DNA of 64,000 nt from Anaerolineales bacterium (GTDB lineage: Bacteria > Chloroflexota > Anaerolineae > Anaerolineales > RBG-16-64-43), in NCBI GenBank assembly GCA_050012135.1, contig JBEKHT010000002.1, positions 7,268 to 71,267 on the forward strand. The letters are read 5' to 3'. Under the pieces are notes generated by a model. The model saw nothing but the letters and a program-made list of their open reading frames with translations. It was not told the origin of the DNA and ran no database searches. How positions within the stretch are numbered: the stretch's first letter is position 1; each line of letters opens with the position of its first letter. Below are positions 28,033-40,017 of the stretch, piece by piece. The translations under genes and the position numbers were made by a program.

Positions 28033-29085
28033 ATGCGTCGCCGCCTGCTGCTCATTATCGCCATCCTGCTCCTGATCGTCGCCGGCCTGGTTTTCGTCTG
28101 GACGCGCCTAGGCGGAGGAGGCGGCAGGCAAGCTTCTGTCCCCACGCCCGCACCCATCAGCGTGTTCCAGGTGGTCTTTGCTTCGCAGGACATTCCCGCG
28201 GGGGCCTTCATCGCCCAGAACAATGTGACCATGGGTCCCTGGCCAACTCTTTACCGGCTGGACGGGTTGATCACGGATTCCACAAGCATTATTGGCATGC
28301 GCGCGCGGGTTGACATCAAGCGCGGTGAGCCGATCTTCATGAGCCAGATAGCGCAGACGATGGCCGGGGCGGCGCTGGCGGGATCGGACATCGCCCTGGA
28401 CATTGCCCCAGGGAACCTGGCCATCGCCATCCCAATGACCCGCCTGTCCGGGGTAGCCTTTGCCCCTCAGCGGGGAGACCACGTAGCTCTCCTGGCCACC
28501 CTGTTCTTTGTGGATTTGGATCCCGATTTCCAGACGCTTCTTCCGGACAAGCTGGAGATTTTCAACGTAGATCAGACCGGAGCACTCAAAGCAACCGAAG
28601 TGGACAATGGCCGGCCCGTCACGGAAGCTGGGCTTACGGGTGTGGTGGGAACCTTCGCGCTTCCTTCGGAGGCGCAGAGGGCCCGGCCGGTGAGCGCCAT
28701 CCTGGTTCCGAATGCTCGCGTGCTGCACGTCGGGACCATGCCGACCGGCGGATCGACCGCTGCGCAGACCACGGCGCAGGGGGTTGGGGCGCCGGCCGCC
28801 CAGGCTACCCCAAGCGCAGCCCAAGCGCCGGATATCATCATCCTCGAGGTTTCTCCTCAGGATGCCCTGTCTGTGAACCTGGTGATGAAGACGGGCGGTG
28901 ACCTGAGCATGGCGCTTCGCTCCACGGGGGACACCACCGCGTTGGACCTTCCGAGCTGGGATCTGCAGCGGCTCATTTCCGCGCGGAATATTACCCTGCC
29001 TCCCAAGCTGCCGTACGGCCAGGCCAAGGCCGAGGATCAGGCCTTCATTCCGGTTCTCAGCAACGACCAGGTACCAACCAAGTAA
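28033..29085 (+). CDS. cpaB: Flp pilus assembly protein CpaB/RcpC-like (TM anchor plus SAF-like domain)
   Basis: N-terminal anchor MRRRLLLIIAILLLIVAGLVF, then VFQVVFASQDIPAGAFI (SAF-like). First gene of the Tad operon. Confidence 0.8.
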   Translation: MRRRLLLIIAILLLIVAGLVFVWTRLGGGGGRQASVPTPAPISVFQVVFASQDIPAGAFIAQNNVTMGPWPTLYRLDGLITDSTSIIGMRARVDIKRGEPIFMSQIAQTMAGAALAGSDIALDIAPGNLAIAIPMTRLSGVAFAPQRGDHVALLATLFFVDLDPDFQTLLPDKLEIFNVDQTGALKATEVDNGRPVTEAGLTGVVGTFALPSEAQRARPVSAILVPNARVLHVGTMPTGGSTAAQTTAQGVGAPAAQATPSAAQAPDIIILEVSPQDALSVNLVMKTGGDLSMALRSTGDTTALDLPSWDLQRLISARNITLPPKLPYGQAKAEDQAFIPVLSNDQVPTK

Positions 29086-29095
29086 CGAGGGGTCC

Positions 29096-30331
29096 GTGCC
29101 GGACAAGATTCGCGTTTTGATCGTCGACGATTTTGCAGAGACGCGCGAGAGCCTCCGCAAGCTGCTGCAGTTTGAAGGGGACATGGAGGTGGTGGGCACC
29201 GCTCGCGGCGGCAAGGAGGCCATCAGTCTTACCAAGGACACCCAGCCGAATGTCGTGATCATGGACATTAACATGCCCGACATGGACGGGATCGCCGCGA
29301 CGGAGGCGGTGCTGCAAGTCGCCCCGCGCGCACAGGTCGCGATCCTCTCGGTGCAGAGCGAGTCCGATTACATCCGGCGGGCCATGTTGGCGGGCGCGCG
29401 GGCTTTTCTCACCAAGCCGCCCTCCGCGGATGAGCTGGTTGCCACCATACGCAAGCTCAACAGCCTCAAACCGACGGGGCTGCTCGATGCCAATGTGGTC
29501 GAGGTGGGCAAGGAAAGGAAGATCCGGCGGGAGGGCAAGATCGTCACCATTTACTCCCCCAAAGGTGGCACAGGAAAAACGACCCTGGCCTGCAACTTGG
29601 CCATGATCCTGCAGACGGAGGACACCCCGGCCGCCCTGGTGGATGCCTCGCTCCAGTACGGTGATGTGGCGGTCTTCCTCAACCTGCAGGCCAAGAACGA
29701 CTTGGCCGACCTGGCAGCTCAGGCGACCGAGATCGATGGTGATCTGGTGGAAAATGTCGCGGTGGCCCACGCCTCCGGCCTGCGCGTGTTTGTCGCCCCA
29801 GCGACCCCGGAGAAGGGTGACAAGGTCCATGCCCCGCAGCTGGAGAAGGTGCTGCACTTCCTGGCCGGGCTGTACCAGTATGTGGTCGTCGACACGCAAA
29901 GCGGGCTCAATGATCTGACCATCAGCACGCTGGATGCCAGTGATCTGGTGATCCTGGTGGCCACCCCGGACATCCCCTCCATCAAGAATGTGCGCCTCTT
30001 CTATGATGTGCTGGAGGCCATCGGCTACTCCGCAGCGAAGGTGCTGCTGGTCATGAATCGCGTGGACAAGCGCTACGGCATCACGGCCGAGGCAGTCTCC
30101 GACAATCTCAAGCAACCGGTGGTCTGCCAGATCCCGCTGGACGAGCGGACGCTCATTCCGGCCACCAACCAAGGTCAGCCCTTCATGCTGGGGGACCGCT
30201 CTCGTCCGATTGCGCGAGCCGTCCTGGAGCTCGCCCAGGCTGTCCGAACCCGGCTGGCCGAGAAGAAGGAAGAAGAGGAAGAAGAAGTCAAGAAGCCAGC
30301 GCGCCCTCGGCTTATCGGAGCGAGGGCCTAG
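29096..30331 (+). CDS. cpaE: Response-regulator receiver fused to a CpaE/TadZ-type ParA/MinD ATPase
   Basis: REC: VLIVDDFAE, VVIMDINMPDMDG, AILSVQS, FLTKPP. ATPase: deviant Walker A SPKGGTGKTTLA. Confidence 0.85.
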   Translation: MPDKIRVLIVDDFAETRESLRKLLQFEGDMEVVGTARGGKEAISLTKDTQPNVVIMDINMPDMDGIAATEAVLQVAPRAQVAILSVQSESDYIRRAMLAGARAFLTKPPSADELVATIRKLNSLKPTGLLDANVVEVGKERKIRREGKIVTIYSPKGGTGKTTLACNLAMILQTEDTPAALVDASLQYGDVAVFLNLQAKNDLADLAAQATEIDGDLVENVAVAHASGLRVFVAPATPEKGDKVHAPQLEKVLHFLAGLYQYVVVDTQSGLNDLTISTLDASDLVILVATPDIPSIKNVRLFYDVLEAIGYSAAKVLLVMNRVDKRYGITAEAVSDNLKQPVVCQIPLDERTLIPATNQGQPFMLGDRSRPIARAVLELAQAVRTRLAEKKEEEEEEVKKPARPRLIGARA

Positions 30332-30368
30332 CCCCGGGGTTTTGGGACCCCAAAGGTGAGAGTGAGAA

Positions 30369-31772
30369 GTGTCTCTCCTCAAGCGAATTGAACAGGGTCA
30401 AACCGCTACCCCTCAGGCCGAGGACCTCAGCCCCTCGCGGCTGACGGAACTGCGCACCCGGCCGCCGACGGTCGCCCCCGCTTCGGGCCGAGGAGACGGG
30501 AAAGAGAACTACTTCGACCTGAAGACCCGCGTCCAGAACAAGCTTCTCAGCCAGTTGGATCCCTCCATGGATGTGAGCCAGACCGCGGAGGTGCGCCAGA
30601 CCATCGAGGAGCTGTTCGAGAGCATCCTGGTGGAGGAGAATATCGTCCTCTCCCGGGCTGAGAAGCGGCGGCTGTTCGAGGCCATCGTCGCAGAGATTCT
30701 CGGTTTCGGCCCCCTGGAACCTCTTCTGGCGGACGATACGATTACCGAGATCATGGTCAACGGCTCCAAGAACGTCTACGTGGAGCGCAAGGGCAAGATC
30801 GAGCGCACGACCATGACCTTCGAGAGTGACGACCATGTCTTGCGGATCATGGACCGCATTGTTTCACCTTTGGGCCGGCGCATTGACGAGTCCAGCCCGT
30901 ACGTGGATGCCCGTCTTCCGGACGGGTCGCGCGTCAACGCGGTCATCCCGCCCATCTCCCTGGTCGGCCCAGTCCTCACCGTCCGCAAGTTCGCTCGCAT
31001 CCCGATCACCATTGAGGATCTGCTGCGCTTTGGGACGCTCACCGCGGAATCGGTCGAATTCCTGAAGGCGTGCGTGGTGGCCCGCCTCAACATGGTCATT
31101 TCCGGCGGCACGGGTTCCGGCAAGACCACCCTGCTGAATATTCTCTCCCAGTTCATCCCGGCCACCGAGCGGATCATCACCATCGAGAATGCGGCCGAGC
31201 TCCAGCTGCGCCAGGATCACGTCATCTCCCTGGAGTCCCGCCCTCCCAACATTGAGGGTCGAGGGGAGGTCACGATCCGCGACCTGGTGGTCAACTCGTT
31301 GCGCATGCGCCCCGACCGGATTATCGTCGGGGAGGTCCGCGACGATGCGGCCCTGGACATGCTTCAGGCGATGAACACAGGCCATGATGGTTCCATGACT
31401 ACCCTGCACTCCAACAGCCCGCGCGACTCCCTGTCCCGTTTGGAGACCATGGTGCTCATGGCGGGGATGGAACTGCCCTCCCGCGCCATCCGGGAGCAGG
31501 TCGCCTCGGCCATCAACCTGATTGTGCACCAGGAACGCCTGCAGGACGGAACCCGGCGTGTGGTCAACATTTCGGAAATCCACGGGATGGAGGGGGAGGT
31601 CATCACGATGACCGACTTGTTCGTCTTCGAGCAGACGGGCATCGAGGAGGGGCGGATCATTGGCCGGCTGCGGCCCACGGGTCTGCGGCCGAAGTTCATG
31701 GACCGCATCGAGGCATCCAACATCCGCCTGCCCGCCTCCATTTTCGGGATTGGAGATCGCCCCCGCTACTAG
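30369..31772 (+). CDS. cpaF: Tad secretion ATPase CpaF/TadA
   Basis: Walker [17 protein letters not shown] Walker B region, [13 protein letters not shown] His box. Confidence 0.9.
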   Translation: MSLLKRIEQGQTATPQAEDLSPSRLTELRTRPPTVAPASGRGDGKENYFDLKTRVQNKLLSQLDPSMDVSQTAEVRQTIEELFESILVEENIVLSRAEKRRLFEAIVAEILGFGPLEPLLADDTITEIMVNGSKNVYVERKGKIERTTMTFESDDHVLRIMDRIVSPLGRRIDESSPYVDARLPDGSRVNAVIPPISLVGPVLTVRKFARIPITIEDLLRFGTLTAESVEFLKACVVARLNMVISGGTGSGKTTLLNILSQFIPATERIITIENAAELQLRQDHVISLESRPPNIEGRGEVTIRDLVVNSLRMRPDRIIVGEVRDDAALDMLQAMNTGHDGSMTTLHSNSPRDSLSRLETMVLMAGMELPSRAIREQVASAINLIVHQERLQDGTRRVVNISEIHGMEGEVITMTDLFVFEQTGIEEGRIIGRLRPTGLRPKFMDRIEASNIRLPASIFGIGDRPRY

Positions 31773-31796
31773 GTGGGGGGGAAGGGAGCGGACGCC

Positions 31797-32759
31797 ATGA
31801 GCGCGACCCTGTTAATGGCCGTCCTGGCGGGAGCGGCGGTGCTCCTGGTCGTGGCCGCTTTCCTGCTGGGAGGCCAGAAGGATGTGGTCGAGGAACGGCT
31901 GACCCAGTATGCGGAGACAACGGTGGTCGCCGCGGGGGGAGAAGGCTCCGCGGTTCGAGCCAGCCCGCTGGCCGACCTGCTGGAGCAGCGCTTCTCTCAA
32001 TCGGGGCTCTTTTCGCGGATCGCCCGCGACTTGGCGCGGGCCGACCTCAAGTTTCGGCCGGCCGAATACGTTGCCCTGATTGCCATCTCTGGGGTCCTGG
32101 CTGGGATCGTGGTCGGCGCCATTACCCGGTCGATTCCCTTCGCGTTGCTGGGTGTCATCGCCGGCCTGTTCATCCCCGGGTTCTACGTCGGCAACAGGCA
32201 GGGAGCTCGGCTCCATCAGTTCGAATCCCAGCTCCCGGACATGATCAATTTGACCGTCAACAGTCTGAGGGCCGGGTACTCGGTGATGCAGGCTCTGGAG
32301 GCGGTATCCAAGGAAATGCCCGCCCCGATATCGGTTGAGATCCGCCGAGTGGTCCAGGAAATGCAGTTGGGCGTGCTTCTGGAAACGGCTCTGGAGAGCT
32401 TGTTGCGCCGCGTGGCGAGCACGGATCTCAAGCTGATGGTGACGGCCATGAACGTCCAGCGGGAGGTGGGTGGCAACCTGGCGGAGATTCTGGACACCAT
32501 CTCCTTTACGATTCGCGAGCGCATCCGCATCAAGGGGGAGATCCGCGTGCTCACCTCCCAGCAGCGCTTCACCGGCTATCTGGTGGCCGCCATCCCCTTC
32601 GCCTTGATGCTGTTCCTGTATTTCATCAACCGCAATTACATCATGGCCTTCTTTGCTCCGTCGAGCCGGATGTGCGGAATTCCCATGCTCCTTCTTGGGC
32701 TGATTATGATCCTGGCCGGTTTCTTTGCCGTGCGCAAGGTCGCTTCGATCGAGGTGTGA
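31797..32759 (+). CDS. tadB: Tad platform protein TadB (T2SS-F domain)
   Basis: ATG 31797 after GGGAG. TM-cytoplasmic domain-TM architecture. The track start 31773 abuts the cpaF stop. Confidence 0.85.
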   Translation: MSATLLMAVLAGAAVLLVVAAFLLGGQKDVVEERLTQYAETTVVAAGGEGSAVRASPLADLLEQRFSQSGLFSRIARDLARADLKFRPAEYVALIAISGVLAGIVVGAITRSIPFALLGVIAGLFIPGFYVGNRQGARLHQFESQLPDMINLTVNSLRAGYSVMQALEAVSKEMPAPISVEIRRVVQEMQLGVLLETALESLLRRVASTDLKLMVTAMNVQREVGGNLAEILDTISFTIRERIRIKGEIRVLTSQQRFTGYLVAAIPFALMLFLYFINRNYIMAFFAPSSRMCGIPMLLLGLIMILAGFFAVRKVASIEV

Positions 32760-32763
32760 CGCC

Positions 32764-33711
32764 ATGCTTACCGCCATCATCTTGGGGATCCTCTTGCTGA
32801 TCGCCGCGGGCCTGGTGTATGCCGGCCTGCGACTGCCCGACCGCGGCGACCCCCTCCAGGACCGGATCAAGGAATATGTGTCGCGCGACCGGGCGGTCTC
32901 CCTGGAAGAGATCGAAATGCAGCAGTCTTTCCAGGAGCGTGTCATCTTGCCGTTCCTGAAGAATCTTGGCCAGTTTGTCATGCGGTTCACGCCCAAGGCC
33001 AACTTGACCATGATTCATCAGAAGCTGGAAATGGCAGGCAACCCCGCCGGCCTGGACCCGACGATCTTCTGGGCCCTCCAGATTGTCGGGGCGGCCGGCT
33101 TTGGCGGGGTGGTGCTGCTCATGTTCCTCATCGGTCGCGGAGCGCCGCACTGGTTCACCACTCTCCTGCTGACCGTCGTTTTCGTCGTGATCGGTTATTT
33201 CTTCCCTCGCCTCTGGCTGGAAAGCCGGGTGAGCCGGCGCCAGAACAACATTCGGAAAGCCATGCCGGATGCGCTGGACTTGCTGACGATTTGCGTGGAG
33301 GCCGGGCTCGGCTTTGATGCGGCCATGGGGAAAGTGAACGAGGAATGGGAGAATGAGCTGGGCCTTGCCTTTGGACGGGTCATTCAGGAAATCCGGTTGG
33401 GCAAGCTGAGGCGCGAGGCCCTGCGCGATATGGCCGACCGCATCGGGCTGCCCGAAATGACGAGCTTTGTGGCCGCGGTCATCCAGTCGGAGCAGCTGGG
33501 GGTGAGCATGGGCCGCGTCCTGCGAATCCAGTCGGATCAGATGCGTGTCCGCCGGCGGCAGATCGCCGAGGAGCAGGCACGCAAAGCCCCTGTGAAAATG
33601 ATGCTGCCGCTCGTGTTCTTGATCTTTCCATCGATCCTGATCATCCTGCTCGGCCCTGCGGGCTTGATCTTGATGCAGTCGCAGATGGGTTCGATCCTGA
33701 CGGGAAGGTGA
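32764..33711 (+). CDS. tadC: Tad platform protein TadC (T2SS-F domain)
   Basis: ATG 32764 (MLTAIILGILLLIAAGLVYAG) lies 5 nt after the tadB stop. Paralogous to tadB. Confidence 0.85.
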   Translation: MLTAIILGILLLIAAGLVYAGLRLPDRGDPLQDRIKEYVSRDRAVSLEEIEMQQSFQERVILPFLKNLGQFVMRFTPKANLTMIHQKLEMAGNPAGLDPTIFWALQIVGAAGFGGVVLLMFLIGRGAPHWFTTLLLTVVFVVIGYFFPRLWLESRVSRRQNNIRKAMPDALDLLTICVEAGLGFDAAMGKVNEEWENELGLAFGRVIQEIRLGKLRREALRDMADRIGLPEMTSFVAAVIQSEQLGVSMGRVLRIQSDQMRVRRRQIAEEQARKAPVKMMLPLVFLIFPSILIILLGPAGLILMQSQMGSILTGR

Positions 33712-33762
33712 GCGACCCAAGGTCGCTGGCGGTCCCCCCACAAGCTATTCCGGTTCGAGCAG

Positions 33763-33810
33763 CCGGTCCGGGAGAGTTCAGCAGTCTTCCCGGACCGGCT
33801 CTTTCGTCTC
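33763..33810 (+). terminator. Terminator of the Tad operon
   Basis: Perfect 11-bp stem CCGGTCCGGGA / TCCCGGACCGG (33763-33773 / 33788-33798) followed by CTCTTTCGTCTC. Confidence 0.6.
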
Positions 33811-33940
33811 AGGGGCCGGATCGGCTGGGGCGGGGGGCCTATTCCGGTTGGAACCCGACCCGCCGCGTTGCCCCCCAAGACTTCCATGAGTGGGGCTCAA
33901 CTCCTCTGGGGGGGGGTCGCGAAACCATGATCGGCGTGAG

Positions 33941-34194
33941 TATAATCAGGAAGGCCTATTCGGTGAGATGCTTTCGCGGTCTACTGGAGCTCGGGTCGGT
34001 CCGAAGAAGCCGACGGCTTGCGCGGGATTGGAGCTGGAGCGTCCTGCCAGCCCTGATCGAATTGGGCAGCGGGGGGTGCCCGCCGATGGGCGTCCTCCGA
34101 AGCGTGAAGGACCCTGCTGTGGGGTTCTCCCGGGGAGGCCTGCCGCCATTGTCGGATTCTGGCCGACCGCATCGCACCTGGGAAGGGAGGATTC
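33941..34194 (+). promoter_or_regulatory. TATAAT -10 box plus ~240-nt GC-rich leader upstream of hpf
   Basis: TATAAT at 33941-33946. No credible ORF before ATG 34195. Several stems are visible, for example GTCGG-N10-CCGAC and GGGCA-N8-TGCCC. Confidence 0.35.
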
Positions 34195-34758
34195 ATGACC
34201 CTGGACGTCACGGTGAAGGGCAAGGACATGGACGTCACACCCCAGCTGGAGGAGTATGTTCGCAAGAAAGTGGCCAAGCTGGATCGTCACCTCGACAACC
34301 TGAAGGAGGTGCACGTCGAGCTGACCTACATGAGGAGTGCGCGAAGTTCTTCCGATCGCCAGGTCGCCCAACTAACCGCCAGGGGACCGAGCATTCTGCT
34401 GCGAGCGGAGGAGCGCTCGGATGACATGTTTGCCTCCGTGGACACGGCCCTCGACAAACTGGCCCGCCGTCTGGAACGCTACAAGGGGAAGCATTACCGC
34501 GGACGAGGCGATGGGACCAGCATGGCCGAAGCGGCGGGCGGGACCGCTTCTGAAGAGGGGCTCCCGGCCGAGGGCGTGATTGTCCGGCGCAAGCGATTTG
34601 ACCTGATCCCGATGGACGAGGCCGAGGCCATTGAACAAATGCTGCTGATTGGGCACGAGAGCTTTTTCGTGTTCCTGAACGTGCGAACCGAGCACATCAA
34701 CATCTTGTACCGTCGCCGGGACGGAACATACGGAATCATCGAGCCAGTGCTCCGCTGA
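34195..34758 (+). CDS. hpf: Ribosome hibernation promoting factor, long form
   Basis: MTLDVTVKGKDMDVTPQLEEYVRKKVAKLDRH N-domain and a C-terminal dimerisation domain (FFVFLNVRTEHINILYRRRDGTYGIIEP). Confidence 0.9.
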   Translation: MTLDVTVKGKDMDVTPQLEEYVRKKVAKLDRHLDNLKEVHVELTYMRSARSSSDRQVAQLTARGPSILLRAEERSDDMFASVDTALDKLARRLERYKGKHYRGRGDGTSMAEAAGGTASEEGLPAEGVIVRRKRFDLIPMDEAEAIEQMLLIGHESFFVFLNVRTEHINILYRRRDGTYGIIEPVLR

Positions 34759-34780
34759 ACCGAGCCGGAGCCAACGTCGA

Positions 34781-34806
34781 AGGGGCACGAGAACCTGCCC
34801 CTTTTG
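34781..34806 (+). terminator. Intrinsic terminator of hpf
   Basis: AGGGGCA-N8-TGCCCCT hairpin followed by TTTG. Confidence 0.6.
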
Positions 34807-34851
34807 CATTCCTGAGTGGATTCCCCCTGCGGGGAGGGAGGCGGCGGGCTG

Positions 34852-35613
34852 TCAGGGGACCGAGTGCAATCCCCAGCGTTCGCGCGTCCGATCTTCCGCA
34901 GGCCTGAAGATCAGCCGGTCAACCGACAGGCCAATGGCCACAATGACCAGCATGACCGCCAGAACCCGGCTCATGTCGTTAAGCTCCCGGCCGAGAGACA
35001 GGAGCTGGCCCAGCCCGAGGCTCACGTAGAGCAGTTCCCCGGCCATCAGGGAACGCCACGCAAAAGACCACCCCAGCTTCATTCCTGAGAGAATAGCGGG
35101 CAGCGCCGCCGGAAAGACCACATCCCGGTACAAGCGGGCTCCGCTGGAGCCTAGAGTTCGAGCGGCGCGGATGTAGAGCGGGGGAGTGTTGCGCACCCCG
35201 TCCGCTGTGGCCAGGGTGATTGAAAGAACTGCGCCCATGACCACCACAAAAAGGATGGCCGTCTCCGAAAGGCCGAACCACAAGATCGCAAGGGGAAGCC
35301 AACAGATGCTGGGCAGGGCTTGCAGACCGAGAATCACCGAACCCATGGCCTGCTCGACCAGCTTGACCCGACCGAGTAGCAGGCCCAGCAGCAGGCCCAA
35401 GACAACCGAAAGGCCGTAGCCGATGGCGATCCGTCTCAGGCTGACCCCGATCCCGATCGGGAAGGTCCCGTCGGAGAACCCAGCCCAGAGGGATTGGGCC
35501 ACACTGAGCGGGGACGGGAAAATGTAGGGAGGCCAGAGATGCAGCAGGAACAAGGCCTCCCAGACCACTAGCAAAAGGACGAGAAAGCCTGCCCTAGTGA
35601 CCCGGTCTCTCAT
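34852..35613 (-). CDS. ABC importer permease (nitrate/sulfonate/taurine type)
   Basis: 253 aa, BPD_transp_1-like, six TM spans. 20-nt overlap with the upstream ATPase gene. Confidence 0.85.
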   Translation of the reverse strand: MRDRVTRAGFLVLLLVVWEALFLLHLWPPYIFPSPLSVAQSLWAGFSDGTFPIGIGVSLRRIAIGYGLSVVLGLLLGLLLGRVKLVEQAMGSVILGLQALPSICWLPLAILWFGLSETAILFVVVMGAVLSITLATADGVRNTPPLYIRAARTLGSSGARLYRDVVFPAALPAILSGMKLGWSFAWRSLMAGELLYVSLGLGQLLSLGRELNDMSRVLAVMLVIVAIGLSVDRLIFRPAEDRTRERWGLHSVP

Positions 35614-36400
35614 GCTCTACCTCCTCCTGCATTGCCTTGGTTACCTCCTCCTGCAATTCCCCCAGAACTTCTCGCGCCGCATCCACCAAGGTGTGATCCT
35701 CCATGTGGCGCGGCCGGGCAAGCGAGAACTGAAACTCCCGCTTGACCTTTCCGGGTCGAGCGCACAATGCCAGGACCCGATCCCCCAGGACCAGGGCCTC
35801 GCGCACGTTATGGGTGACGAACACGATGGTTTTTCCGGTCTGAGCCCAGATCGATTGGAGTTCGTCGTGCATCCGGTCCCTCGACTGCGCATCGAGCGAG
35901 GCGAAAGGTTCATCCATGAGGAGCACATCGGGGTCAATGGCCAAGGCCCTGGCCAGGGCGACACGTTGCTTCATACCTCCCGAGAGCTCGTGGACATACG
36001 CCTTCTCAAACCCGGCCAGGCCGACCAAGCGCAAATACTGGGTGACCCTCGCCTCCCTTTCCGTCTTATCCGCCCCAGCCGCTTTCAGCCCGAAGGCCAC
36101 ATTGTCCTGGACGCTCAGCCAGGGGAACAGGGCCGCTTCTTGGAAGACCAGGGCACGATCCCGGCCCGGGCCTTGGATAGGGGCCCGGTCCACGAGGATT
36201 TCTCCCGAATCTGCCAACTCCAGTCCGGCGAGGATACTGAGGAGCGTGGACTTTCCGCACCCGGAGGGTCCGACCAGGCACACGATCTCGCCAGGTGCCA
36301 CGCAGAAGCTCATTCCGTCCAGGGCCAACAGGCTCCCTCGCCGCGAGCGAAAGGACTTGACCACTCGCCGCACCTCGAGCTTAGGGGAATCGGGAATCAT
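35594..36400 (-). CDS. ABC importer ATP-binding protein (SsuB/TauB-like)
   Basis: Walker A GPSGCGKST, LSGGMKQRVALARAL, LLMDEPF. Confidence 0.9.
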   Translation of the reverse strand: MIPDSPKLEVRRVVKSFRSRRGSLLALDGMSFCVAPGEIVCLVGPSGCGKSTLLSILAGLELADSGEILVDRAPIQGPGRDRALVFQEAALFPWLSVQDNVAFGLKAAGADKTEREARVTQYLRLVGLAGFEKAYVHELSGGMKQRVALARALAIDPDVLLMDEPFASLDAQSRDRMHDELQSIWAQTGKTIVFVTHNVREALVLGDRVLALCARPGKVKREFQFSLARPRHMEDHTLVDAAREVLGELQEEVTKAMQEEVEHERPGH

Positions 36401-36416
36401 GGGTTGGAGGGAAACC

Positions 36417-37472
36417 TCACGGAACCGGGGAAAGACGATCGGCTTTCAAGACCTGGTTGAGCAAGGAAAGGTCCGTCAAGCCGGAGAGGTCAAAAGGGGC
36501 CTGGAGAAAGCCGGCTCGTTCCGCGGCTTGGGCTTGGGTCAGAAGGGTGCCGCTGAGAGGGTCATAAGTGACATCCATCCGGTTCCAGGCCTGGTCGAGA
36601 ACCTCCGGGCTGAGGGTCTGGTTGGTCAGACGCCCGATCTCCTGATTGGCCAGGGCCTTAGCTTGGTCGGGGTGGGCCCGCTCCCAGAGCGTGAGTGAGA
36701 CGTGGGCCTCAAGCCACGCCTGGACCACCTGAGGATGCTCATTCAGGAAGGAGGAGGTGACGATCACCACGGCGGTGGAGAACTGGCCGTTCGGCCAGAG
36801 GTCGCGTTCATCCAAGAACACATTTCCGCCACCCTCCACGACTAGGCGGCTGGCCCAGGGCTCCGGGACCCAGGCCCCGTCAATCTGCCCCAGGCGGAAG
36901 AGCTGCAGGATTTCCGCGTTGCTGACCGGCACAATTGTAACCGTGCCTCCCTTTTCGGCCGGCTTCAGCCCATGCTGGTCGAGGTAGGATCGAAGGGCGA
37001 CGTCTTGGGTGTTTCCGAGCTGGGGGGTGGCGATGCGCTTTCCCGAAAGGTCCTGGGGGGTGTGGATATTGGCGGCCGGGCGGACAACCAGCGCGGCCCC
37101 GCCGCTGGTTGCCCCCGCTATGATGTGAAGGGCTTGGCCACTGCTCTTCAAGAACCCGTTGATTGCCGGGCTGGGGCCGATGTATGCAAGGTCGATTTGA
37201 TTGGCGAACATGGCCTCGATCTCGTCCGGCCCGGCGTTGAACACCTTAGGCTGGAGGACGACCCCGGCGGGCATTGCCTTGGCGAAGTCGCCGTGGCTGA
37301 TGCCGATGATCGCTTGGCTGTGGGTTAAGTTTGGAAAGTAGCCCACCCGCAGGGGAACGGTGGGGACAGCCGTCGGTTGACCGGAGGATAGCAGGGCGCA
37401 CCCGGCCAGCGCGACCACCCCAAGCAGGCAAGCGGCACGGCGGAGCATGAATGGGGACGCTCGACGCAACAT
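36417..37472 (-). CDS. ABC importer substrate-binding lipoprotein (NMT1/SsuA-like)
   Basis: ATG 37472 gives MLRRASPFMLRRAACLLGVVALAGC (lipobox LAGC). The 157 upstream residues of the track ORF are junk. Confidence 0.8.
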   Translation of the reverse strand: MLRRASPFMLRRAACLLGVVALAGCALLSSGQPTAVPTVPLRVGYFPNLTHSQAIIGISHGDFAKAMPAGVVLQPKVFNAGPDEIEAMFANQIDLAYIGPSPAINGFLKSSGQALHIIAGATSGGAALVVRPAANIHTPQDLSGKRIATPQLGNTQDVALRSYLDQHGLKPAEKGGTVTIVPVSNAEILQLFRLGQIDGAWVPEPWASRLVVEGGGNVFLDERDLWPNGQFSTAVVIVTSSFLNEHPQVVQAWLEAHVSLTLWERAHPDQAKALANQEIGRLTNQTLSPEVLDQAWNRMDVTYDPLSGTLLTQAQAAERAGFLQAPFDLSGLTDLSLLNQVLKADRLSPVP

Positions 37473-37829
37473 TCCTGCTCTCTCCCGCCTAAGGACCAGG
37501 GGCCGCAGCAAAGGAAAAAAGGCCCGTCCGCGTCGATTCTCAGCTCGATTATACCGGAGGAGGAGGAGGGGCGCACGCGGAAGAGGAAGGAACTGAGGGC
37601 GATCTCCCGTGATTGCCCCCCTGCCGTTCGAGCCCTGTGGTTCGTTCTGCCTCCCGTGCCGCAGGATGGCAATCCCTTCTCTGGCACCCCTCTTCTTCAC
37701 CCTGCGAAGCGGACCATCCCGACGCTGGGCGCCAGCCTCCTTTGGGACAACGCCGCAGAGAGACCGGGACGTGCCCTCTCGATCCCGAGAGGTGCCGGAG
37801 GAGGGTTGAATTGGGGGGAGCGAACTTGA

Positions 37830-39896
<2,067 letters not shown>

Positions 39897-40017
39897 CCCA
39901 CTTCGACCGCCGCGGGGGCTCGGTTCCGGAACTGGAGCCCGGCGGGTCCGTTTCGCCTCTCGGGAGGAAAGTCACAGTCGACGAAATGCGCAACAGGTTG
40001 GATGAAAGCAGGTCCGT

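Noticed and set aside
37473-37700. TPP (THI-box) riboswitch upstream of the NMT1/ThiY-like substrate-binding protein gene.
   Set aside because: A GCUGAGA is present in the leader, but the obligatory ACCUGAUCUGG / pyrophosphate-sensor helix is absent. The CUGAGA also lies only ~5 nt after a TATAAT box.
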